From positions 680,984-744,983 of the forward strand of contig CAWANZ010000002.1 of the NCBI GenBank assembly GCA_963783665.1: 64,000 nucleotides of DNA. The letters run 5' to 3'. Positions 52,735 through 62,241 of the stretch are shown here, piece by piece. The translations under genes and the position numbers were made by a program. The notes below the pieces were generated by a model. The model did not search any database. It saw only the letters and a list, made by a program, of their open reading frames with translations, and had not been told where the DNA came from. The DNA comes from Candidatus Aminicenantes bacterium (GTDB lineage: Bacteria > Acidobacteriota > Aminicenantia > Aminicenantales > UBA4085). Position 1 is the first letter of the stretch. The number at the start of each line of letters is the position of its first letter.

Positions 52735-55422
52735 TTAATATTTCGGAACGATCCGGACGGTCACGGTCCGTTTCAGGCCGCGGGCGGCGTCGAGGAAGAC
52801 CAACCGATAATCCCCGACGAATCCGGGACCCGGGGCTCCAGGAAAACATCCCCGGTCTCCGGATCCAGGAACGAGCCGATCGGGAAGCGGCTGAGCTCTC
52901 GGTCCCGGCATCCATATACCCACGGAACCGCGGCGAGCGCGGCCGGTCGATGTCGCTTTCGTTTTCCGAGCCGGGCCGATGACGTCAAACGGCAGGGCTT
53001 CCGGATTCAAGTGAATTTCGACCCGCTCGGTTTCCCGGATAAGTGACGACAAAGCGTCCATCGCTTTCCGGAAGCGACCGTTTCCAGCGGGCTTTGACCG
53101 TCCCAGCCGTTGCGGGAATAAAGACCGGAAGCCGGATGTTTTCCGCGTATCCCCGGTCCTCGTCCGGCGGCGAAGGCCGCGGCCGCTTCGGCCGATGAGG
53201 AAGCTCCCGTACTCGTTGAAAATTTCAAAATAGCGGCTGCCGATTCCGTCGGCATGGCCGGCGTTGTCGGAGACACTCCAGGCGATCGTATGAACGCCGT
53301 CGGCATAACCCGATCGTGTCTAAGGTGAAAACTCCGACCGCCCCGTTGGAGTTGGCATATCCCGGGAAGAGGGTCGGCGATATCCTCCCGGTAATTGTTA
53401 TAGGTCGGGTGACCGAGCGGCAGCTCCGTCCACCCAGACAGTAGATCGTCGACCCGTCGATGGGAATCGAAGAGGGCTGGGGCGTCAAGGCCCAGCCGAA
53501 ATTCAAATATCCCGAGCCCGCGGCCGTCCCGCCCTGGGTCGGCGTATCGATCGCCCCGAACGGATTGACCGCGTTGGCATTGTCGCAAGAAATCGTTTTC
53601 GAGCCCGAGCGACGATCGTCTGTCCTTCAAGGTCCTGGGCCACGGCCCGCAGGGTCACACTCCCGTTGCCCCGCCCGGAAGGAAATTCGTCAGGAGCATA
53701 TACCCCCAGCCGGCTCGCCGGTTCAGCGGCAGATAGGGATAGGCTCCGGCGACATCCGGCCGGGCGCCTTCGACCAACACCGCTTCGCCGATATAGACCG
53801 GGGTCCCGGCCGGTTCGCCGGCGACGGGATCGCGATAGATTTTAACCGACTGGATGCCGACATCGTCCAGGGCCCAGCCCGTGACGGGGACGCTGCTCCG
53901 GACGGTCGCTGCCGCCGACCGGGGTATCAAACGCCCCGATCGGACCGGAAGAGGCTCCGGGGGCATAGATATTCACGCTGACGGTGATCGTCTTAGGCAG
54001 GTACCCGGAGGCGTTGGGGTCGGAAACCGAAATGATCCCGGAGAAGGTCCCGGCAGATCCCAAGCCGGAAGGATCGACCGTGACCGAAATCCGGCCGCTG
54101 CCCGATCCGCTTGCCGGCGTCACCGAGAGCCAGGACTGGTTGTCGGAAACCGACCAGCTTTGGGGCGCGGAACCCGGAATTGGAAACAGAAACAGTCTGG
54201 GCCGGAGTGACCGAGCTCCCCGGACCGCGCCAAAGAGAGCTGGCTTGTCCCCAGGGTGATCGACGGATTCGGGGGGGCGAACGCCTGGGCCCAGCCGTAG
54301 ATTTCCGCGCTCGCCTGGCCGTAATCAGCGTATCCCAAACCCAATACACGATCCGATCCGTCCGGAGTGGCGGCGATATCGCCGTACGTGCATCCTCCGG
54401 AGCCGGGAACGGACTGGACCCCCTCCACGCGCCGTCGGCGTCCCGGATATTGTAATCGATGGCCGTGCCGTCTCCCTACCCGCCCTCCTGCCAGACGACA
54501 TAAATCGAATCGCCGCTTTCGTCAGGAACGGGTAATGGAGCATATCCCAGGAGGAGATCTCCACGGGAGAGGAGAAGCCGGCCCCGGATTTCCTGACGTA
54601 ATAGAACCACCCGGGTCGGGTTCTCCGGCGACATGTCAGACGATATGGGCATTATTCGGCCGCATCCAGCCGGATCGCGGGATGCATCTGGTGTGCCCGC
54701 TTCGAGATGGACATACGTCCAATCCGTCCAGGAGGAATTGAAAGCCGTCCCCCGTTCGGAATAAGCGATGTGATAGTAATCTTCGCCGCCGGGCTTGGAC
54801 ATGAAGACGGCGGAGACACGGCCGGTGCCCAGATCGATGTCCGGGAATTTCGACATGGCCGTACCAGGGGCCGACGAACTGGAGTTCCTCCCAAACACCG
54901 CCGATGCGGCATCGGGCAATGACATGGCATTCGTTGTTCCGGAAGATCGAGATAGATATCGCCTCCGGCGGACACGGCGATCCGGGGCGCGTCGTAGAAC
55001 TGCCCCGAATCGATCACGATGGGATCGCCCCAGACTCCGCCGTCCTTGATCCGGAGCATGACTTTCCGGGACTCGACCCAGATGACATAAACGCGATTTG
55101 AGCCGTCGACGGCGATGGAAACGCTTTCCTGGTTGTCGCTGAAAACGGCGCCCGACGTGCTGATCTTGACCGGCGTTCCGAGCTGGAGAGCGCCGAGGTC
55201 GCCCATGACGTAATACACGTCGCCGCAGGGATGCCCGGTCTGGCCGAACCCGGTGAACTCAACCCAGACGGCATGGACGTTCCCTAGGGAGTCGGCCGCG
55301 ACCTGTGGCTCTCCCGAAGGGACTCCCGGTGAGTTGGAAATGTTCAGCGGCTGGGCGACGGCCGCCCCGGCTAAAATGATCAGGCCGGCGGCCAGAGATA
55401 ACGCGGTTCTGCGTGGGTCCAT
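52735..55422 (-). CDS. Large secreted modular protein: beta-propeller-like repeats, BACON/Ig-like domain, conserved C-terminal module (many frameshifts)
   Basis: GGAGG RBS, signal peptide, repeats such as PQVAADSLGNVHAVW and SIAVDGSNRVYVIW, TPASGSGSGRISVTVD, FDTP...VTGWALDD...EGARPDV...GWGYMLLTNFLP, GWALTPQP, FPGYANS, PGPGFVGDY. Confidence 0.7.
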
Positions 55423-55752
55423 GTTGTCCTCCCGGGCAATATCCGGATCCATTCCTTTTCCGTTCCCGGGAAATGATATCCTGGGCCGGAATCTCCGCCT
55501 ATGCCTCCCCGCGGTGAATGCCGGGGGTGAATTTTGCCGGGGGGGATTAGCCGCCAGGGGTGAGGCCGGGCCGGCTCCGCCCGGGCTCCGGCGGCCTGAT
55601 CATCTTCTGTAATCTGGACGCCGGGACGCGTTTTTCCGCTTCGCTTCCATGAGAAAGGGGGGTTAGAAAACGCCGGCCGGATCACCCTCGCGTTCGGCCC
55701 CGCCCGGCTCCGCCGGCACTTGCCGGTCCGAACGCCTCGCCTGCATTATTCA

Positions 55753-55860
55753 CGAGTTGAGATGGCCGTAGATGCGAGGCGCGGAGGGTGAAGCTGTGCT
55801 AGTCGCACTGCGAACCCTTCGCAACGAAGCAGATGCGGCCATATCGGCTCGCCCGAAGGG
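55753..55860. repeat. Long imperfect palindrome (REP/MITE-like or structured RNA)
   Basis: CGAGTTGAGATGGCCGT pairs with GCGGCCATATCGGCTCG. Inner arms GCGGAGGGT/ACCCTTCGC and GTGC/GCAC, followed by a CCC-GAA-GGG mini-hairpin. Confidence 0.6.
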
Positions 55861-56005
55861 TAAAAACTCATATTTTTGTATCTTATTGAATACATAATAA
55901 TTATTAGAATCATAAGATTTTTTATGAATATTACCGGCTTGACAGTCTTTGCGGCGGAGACATAACATCGGGGCCGGCCGGATCGTTCCCCGAGAGGAAG
56001 CGCAT

Positions 56006-58670
56006 ATGAGACTCGTTTTCGCCGTCCTCGGTTTCGTCGTCCTCATCTTCCCGGGCTGCGGGCCGAACGGAAAAAAACCAACGCCGCCCCAGGACGCCCG
56101 GATCGCCGAGCTGCTCGGCCGGATGACGCCCGAGGAAAAATTCCGCCAGCTGTTTATGGTGCCGGGTTCGCTCGACCTTGGGGCGGAGAAGCCTGCGGCT
56201 GGGATTATTCGGCCTGCAAGTCGGGGCCGCGGGTGCTGACGGAGGCCCGGCGGGCCAGATGCTGAAAGCCGGATCTGGAGGATCGGCTTTCGAAACCGCT
56301 TTTAAAGTCAACGAGATCCAGCGGTTTTTCAAGGAAAAGAGCCGCCTGGGAATTCCCATCATCCCCTTTGAGGAGGCGCTGCACGGATTGGTCCATCCCG
56401 GGGCGACGGCTTTCCCCCAGTCGATCGGCCTGGCCGCGACCTTCGACACCGGATTGATGCGCCAGGTTGCCGCGGCGATCGCCCGAGAAGCGAAAACCCG
56501 GGGCATCCGCCAGGTCCTCTCCCCGGTCATCAACATTGCCGACGACGTTCGCTGGGGGCGGACCGAGGAAACATACGGCGAAGATCCCTATCCTTTCGGC
56601 CGAAATGGGGGCGGCCTTTGTCTCGGAATTCGAGAAAGCCGGCATCATCGCCACACCTAAGCATCTTTTGGCCAACGTCGGGGCCGGCGGCCGGGACAGT
56701 TATCCGATTCACTGGAACGAGCGGCAGCTCCGGGAGCTTTTCCTCCCCCCTTTTGAGGCCTGCTTCAGGACGGCGGGGGCCCGCTCGGTCATGACGTCGT
56801 ACAATTCGGTCGACGGGAGCCCGGCCTCGGCCCATGGCTGGATGCTCAACCGGCTCGTTAAGGATGAGTGGGGATTTCCGGGATTCATCATTTCCGACGC
56901 GTCCTCGGTCGGCGGGGCCAACGTCCTCCACTTCACCGCCGCCGATTACGCCGAGGCGGCGGCCGAATGCGTCTCCGCCGGCCTGGACGTGATTTTCCAG
57001 ACACAGCTGGATCACGAGAGGCTCTTTTCTCCGCCTTTTTATCGACGGAGGATCAAACCGGAAGTCATCGACCGGGCGGTCGCCCGGGTGCTCCGGGCAA
57101 AATTCGAGCTGGGGCTCTTCGATGATCCCTATGTCGACCCGAAGGAAGCGGCAAAGGAGAACGGCCTCCGGCCCACCGGGAGCTGGCCTTGAAGGCGGCC
57201 AGGGAGTCCATCGTCCTTTTAAAGAACGAAAAAAGGATTCTCCCCCTCTCGGTCAAGGTGAAATCCATCGCCGTCATCGGGCCGGACGCGGCTGAAGTCC
57301 GCTTGGGCGGCTACAGCGGCCCCGGGAATGCGAAGATCAGCATTCTCGAAGGGATAAAAACCAGGCTGGAGAAAACGGCGGAGGTCCGCTACGCCCCGGG
57401 CTGCCGGCGGGAGGAGAGGGTTTTCATCCCCGTCCCGACCGAAGGCTCTCGTTCATGAAGAGGAAGGGCGCGACCAGGCCGGCTTACGGGGCGAATACTT
57501 CGACAATGCCTCGCTTTCGGGCTCCCCCGTTTTTATCCGGACCGACCCCCAGGTCCGGTTTCAATGGACGCTTTTTTCGCCCGACCCGGCAAAGCTGCCG
57601 TTTGATTTCTATTCCGTCCGCTGGACAGGGAAGCTTCAAAGCGACGGAGACGGGGCGGTTCAGGATCGGGATCGACGGCAACGACGGTTATCGGCTCTCT
57701 CTTGACGGCCGCCTCCTGATCGACAATTGGGGCAAGCGGTCGCGGCGCACACTGACGGCCGAATTCGATTTCATAAAGGGCCGGGCCTACGATCTTCGCC
57801 TCGAATACTCCGAGCCGGAGGGAAACGCCTGGTTCTCGCTCGTTTGGGATACCGGCGTCCCCGGCGACGGCGACCGGATGATGGCCGAAGCCGTCCGAGC
57901 CGCGGCCCGAAGCGAAGCCGCGGTTGTCGTTGTCGGAATCGAGGAAGGCGAATTTCGGGACAGGGCCCGCTTGGGGCTTCCCGGACGGCAGGAGGAATTG
58001 ATCCGGAAGGTCGTCGCGACCGGACGGCCGACGGTCGTCGTCCTCGTCGGAGGAAGCGCGGTCACGATGAGTTCCTGGATCGACGACGTCCCTGGAATAC
58101 TCGACATCTGGTATCCGGGCGAAGCGGGAGGGACGGCCGTTGCCGAAGTCCTGTTCGGCGACCATAATCCGGCCGGGCGGCTGCCGATCACGTTTCCGGT
58201 CTTTGAAGGCCAGCTGCCGCTCGTTTACAACCACCTCCCGACGGGCCGGGGAGACGACTATCTGAACCTGACCGGAAAGCCCCTCTTCCCCTTCGGGTAT
58301 CGGATTGAGCTATACGGAATTCATCTACACCGACCTGCGGGTCGAAAAGCCGACGATCACCCCGGGCGAAGCCGCTTCGGTGAGCTTCCGCCTGACCAAT
58401 ACCGGCTCCAGGGCCGGCGACGAGGTCGTCCAGCTGTACCTTCGCGATGAGCTGGCCTCGGTCGCCCGGCCGGTCAAGGAGCTGAAAGGATTCCAGCGAA
58501 TTTTTCTCCAGCCGGGAGAAACAAAGGACGTCCGGTTCGAAATCACGCCGGAGATGCTCTCGATGCTCGACCTTGATCTGAAAAAGACAATTGAGCCGGG
58601 CAACTTCCGGCTGATGATCGGAGCTTCAAGCGCCGACATCCGCCTGCGGGGAATCCTGACGGTGAAATAA
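56006..58670 (+). CDS. GH3 beta-glucosidase with PA14 and Fn3-like domains (frameshifts)
   Basis: Lipobox IFPGC, EEALHG, FPQSIGLAATFD, WGRTEETYGEDP, KH, MTSYN, ISD, PA14 insert, WYPGE, PFGY, DEVVQLY...RPVKELKGF. Confidence 0.9.
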
Positions 58671-58702
58671 GCCTCTTCCGCATTAAGCGCGAGCCGGAAG
58701 GA

Positions 58703-59560
58703 CTAAAGCTGGTCGGCGTTGAAGGTGTCGCCCTGATTGGGATCGCCGGTTCGATACCCCTTGGTGAACCAACGGACGCGCTGTTCCGAGGTGCCGTGGG
58801 TGAAAGCGTCCGGGACGACGTATCCCTGGGTTTGCTTCATGATCCGGTCGTCGCCGACCGACGAGGCGGCGTTCATCGCTTCCTCGATGTCCCCCGCCTC
58901 GAGGAGTCCGGCCGTCCGTCCGGCATGATGGGCCCAGACTCCGGCCATGAAATCGGCTTGGAGCTCCAGCCGGACCATCAGCCGGTTGAATTCGACTTCA
59001 CCCAGGCGATTTTTCTGGGACATGACCTGGTCGGTGATGCCGAGGAGGTTCTGGACATGGTGGCCGACCTCGTGGGCGATGACGTAGGCCAGGGCGAAGT
59101 CGCCCTTCGCCCCAAGCTGAGATTGCATCTGCTTGAAGAAATCGAGGTCGATGTAGACTTTCTCGTCACCCGGGCAATAGAACGGCCCGGACGAGGCCCC
59201 GGCGTATCCGCAGGCCGAGGAAATCTGGCCGGAGAACAGGACCAGCTTCGGCTCGCGGTAGGTCTGTCCGCTCTGCTGGAAGACCCGGTTCCAGACGTCC
59301 TCGATCTCGGCCAGGACGACGCCGACAAACTGGCCTTCCTGCTGTTCCTCGGCGGTGAGGGCTCGCGATTCGCCCGCGGTCGACTCGATCCCGGCCGGCT
59401 GTTGGAGAATCTGGGAGACATCCTCGGGATTGCCCCCGAGGAGGGCGAAAAGCACGGCGATGATGACGCCGCCGATCCCGAGCCCCCCGGCCATCTGCTT
59501 GCCGCTGATCCCCCGCTTGTCTTCGACGTTGCCGCTTTGCCGTCTCCCCTGCCATTGCAT
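58703..59560 (-). CDS. ypfJ: Neutral zinc metallopeptidase (YpfJ family)
   Basis: GRRQSGNVED, GPFYCPGD, AHEVGHHVQ, ELQAD, FTHGTSEQR. Confidence 0.9.
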   Translation of the reverse strand: MQWQGRRQSGNVEDKRGISGKQMAGGLGIGGVIIAVLFALLGGNPEDVSQILQQPAGIESTAGESRALTAEEQQEGQFVGVVLAEIEDVWNRVFQQSGQTYREPKLVLFSGQISSACGYAGASSGPFYCPGDEKVYIDLDFFKQMQSQLGAKGDFALAYVIAHEVGHHVQNLLGITDQVMSQKNRLGEVEFNRLMVRLELQADFMAGVWAHHAGRTAGLLEAGDIEEAMNAASSVGDDRIMKQTQGYVVPDAFTHGTSEQRVRWFTKGYRTGDPNQGDTFNADQL

Positions 59561-59648
59561 TTTGTTTGTCCTTTCAGTGGATGAAGTCGGTTCCCGAGCA
59601 TATCCTTGCCGATATTATAACGCGGAAGAGAGCGGGGGAAAATGGTCG

Positions 59649-59723
59649 TGCGCCTGGCCCGGCTCGAACGGGCGACCTAGGGTTTAGGAAACCCTTGCTC
59701 TATCCATACTGAGCTACAGGCGC
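59649..59723 (-). tRNA. tRNA-Arg (anticodon CCT)
   Basis: GCGCCTG acceptor stem, GCTC/GAGC D arm, AGGGT-TTCCTAA-ACCCT anticodon arm, GCCCG-TTCGAGC-CGGGC T arm, discriminator A. CCA does not follow directly. Confidence 0.93.
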
Positions 59724-59773
59724 ACACGCGCCGAAGGCCATCATCTTAGCCCAAGACCGGAGGAAATTCCAGA

Positions 59774-61407
59774 TTAACCCAGGAATCCGTGGATGAATCG
59801 CTTGAGATAGGCCAGGACGGTCCGGCTGTTGGAGCTGTCCTCGACCTGCTGGGCCGAGAGCTCCTTGATCTTGAGGAGGAATTCCTTGTTCTGGGCGTTC
59901 CGGGCGCTGACGATCTCGGCGATCGCCTCGGCCGGCTCGGGATTGCGCTGGAGCAGGGACCGGAAATCTTCGGGCTGGATTTCGAGAAGCTCAGAATCCT
60001 CGGCCACGACCCCGGTCGCCGTCCGGGGCATGCCGGTAAAAAGGGACATCTCCCCGAAGAGGCCGCCCGGGCCGATTTCGAATTCCTTGGCGAACCGCTT
60101 GCCGTTTTCCTCGAAAACGATCTCGCCCTTGATCCGGCCCCGGCCGACGACGTAACAGCTCGTTCCCTTGTCTCCCTGGCGGAAGAGCACCTCGCCTTTG
60201 GTGTAAACCGACCGGCGAACGCGGCCGGCCATCGCCCGCAAGTCCGCTTCCGGAAACAGAAGCGCGCCGGTCTTCGGGCCGTCCTGATAGCGAAGGAAGG
60301 ACGAGCCCAGGAGGATATCGGCCGTCCGCCCTTGCTCGGCGTCCTTTTTCGTTCCGGACGGACAATTCCTGCCCCGCCGTAATTCCGGTTCCGGCCGAAT
60401 TCTCCCGCCGCCTGAATCGCGTCCTTCATCTCTCCCAGCCGGTCCGTCCAGGAGACGGCCACTTCGAATCCGCGGCGGCGGAATTTGTACCAGACCAGGC
60501 GCCCGGCCTCGGTGATGATCGTGAACTTGAGCGGATAGTCCTCGACCCAGAATTTCAGGGTGTAGGAAATCCCCGTCTCGTCATAGCTCGTCAGGTAGGC
60601 CTTGGGCTTAGGTTCGGAAACGATGTGGGGAACTTCGCGGGCGGATTCCAGGAGCAAATCAAGCACCTCGGCGGCCGGGGCGACCGGGCTGACCTTCAGA
60701 TAGAGATACAAAGCCGTCCGGTGATCGGGCATGGAGTAATTGACGATCCGCTCGCCGGCCACGACGTTGTTGGGAAGGACGACGATGTTGGACGCCCGGT
60801 CCAAAAGCCGCGTCTCCCTCCAGTTCGTGTCCATCACCACACCCTCGTGGGCGCCGAGGCTGATCCAGTCGCCTTTTTTAAACGACCGGGTGAAGTGGAG
60901 CGACATCCCGGCCAGGATGTTACCGAGCACGCCCTGGAGGGCCAGGCCGATGACGGCCGTCAGGATGGCCGATCCCGCCAGAAGGCTGGAGATATCCATG
61001 TCGAGCATGTTCTTCAGAATCAGGAAAAAGACGACAAGGTAAAGAATCCCGAGAATCAGCCCGCGCAGGACGTTGGGCAGAGGGTAAGGTTTCTGTCGAT
61101 CGTTATACCAGGCCAACATCGCCCCGTCGATCAGGCGAATCACGAGGACGATGACGAAGAAAAACTCGGCCGCTTTCAGGTACGAAGCCATCGCCGGCGA
61201 GACGCGGAACACCGCCTGGGCCGAAAAAAGCGTTCCGAGGGCGATCAGGGGAACGATCAAACGGGAGAGAAAGATCAGCCGGCCCTTTTTCTTTGTTCCG
61301 GGAAGCCGGTTGAACGCCGAACGGATCAAGGCCGCGAAAAAGACGATGACCGCGGCAACGCCGAAGGCGACTCCCAAATCCTGATAGAGGTCGGTCATGG
61401 CGGTCAT
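59774..61407 (-). CDS. MscS-family channel with C-terminal cyclic-nucleotide-binding domain (frameshift near 60350)
   Basis: TM helices, IGLALQGVLGNILAG, FKKGDWI, NWRETR, PNN. Second frame has LFRQGD...FGEMSLFTGMPRTAT. Confidence 0.88.
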
Positions 61408-62234
61408 CTCCCCGAATGAAAGATCATTCCTTCCCGGGCGCAGACGGCGCCGGGGAAGGCTTTCCGGGCGGCGGACTCGATCCGGCGGATCTCCTCATCG
61501 GAGTAGTCCGGATTCAGATGGGATAAGACCAGGCGTCCGGCTCCGGCCGCCCGAGCCAGGTCCACCCCGGCTGCCCAGGTGCTGTGGCCCCAACCTTTTT
61601 TCCCGGCCTCGTATTCGGCCGGAGTGAATGTCGCATCGTAAATCAGGACGTCGGCTCCGAGGGCAAAGGCCGCCAGCCGGGCATCGATTCCTTTAGCGGA
61701 ATGTTCCGTGTCTGTGGCAAATACGGCGGACCATCCCCCCTCCTCCAAACGATACGCGACACAACCTTGGGGATGGTTGAGCGGGCAGGCCGTGATCCGA
61801 ACACCGCCGATATCAACGGGCCGCGGCCCGATCCGGCGATACGTCTTCCGGGACGGGGTTTCGGCGAACTCGACCGGGAAATACGGACCGGTCATGAACT
61901 CGGAAAGCCGTCGGCGGAGCACCGCGGGCGCTTCGCCCGAATAGAACGCAAGCTCCGTCTCGCGGCGGAAAAGGGCCAGGAAAAACGGGAGACCGATCAG
62001 ATGATCGAAATGGAAATGCGTCAGGAGAACGTGGAGCGAGGAAGCCGCTTTCCGGCCGGCGGGGAGGGCTTCCTCCAAACGATGAAGTCCCGTTCCGGCG
62101 TCCAGAATGATGACGTCACCCGAATCGGTCCGGACCAAGGCGCACGGCGTATGGCCGCCGAAGATCGTTCCCCGGCGGCGCGCGACCGGGCGCGTCCCCC
62201 GCACTCCGAAAAGTTCGATGCGCATCTGGCCCAT
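61404..62234 (-). CDS. Metallo-beta-lactamase-fold hydrolase (cyclic-nucleotide phosphodiesterase-like)
   Basis: GVRG...GGHTPC, DAGTG, THFHFDH, LNHP, TDTEH, GWGHS, LSH. Confidence 0.85.
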   Translation of the reverse strand: MGQMRIELFGVRGTRPVARRRGTIFGGHTPCALVRTDSGDVIILDAGTGLHRLEEALPAGRKAASSLHVLLTHFHFDHLIGLPFFLALFRRETELAFYSGEAPAVLRRRLSEFMTGPYFPVEFAETPSRKTYRRIGPRPVDIGGVRITACPLNHPQGCVAYRLEEGGWSAVFATDTEHSAKGIDARLAAFALGADVLIYDATFTPAEYEAGKKGWGHSTWAAGVDLARAAGAGRLVLSHLNPDYSDEEIRRIESAARKAFPGAVCAREGMIFHSGR

Positions 62235-62241
62235 TCCTTCT

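Noticed and set aside
59600-59723. Integrative element at tRNA-Arg
   Set aside because: No integrase nearby, and I saw no duplicated tRNA 3' end in the window.
6036-61407. Programmed frameshifting or phase variation as the explanation for split genes
   Set aside because: Shifts are numerous, go in both directions and lack consistent slippery sites or long repeats. Sequencing error is more parsimonious.
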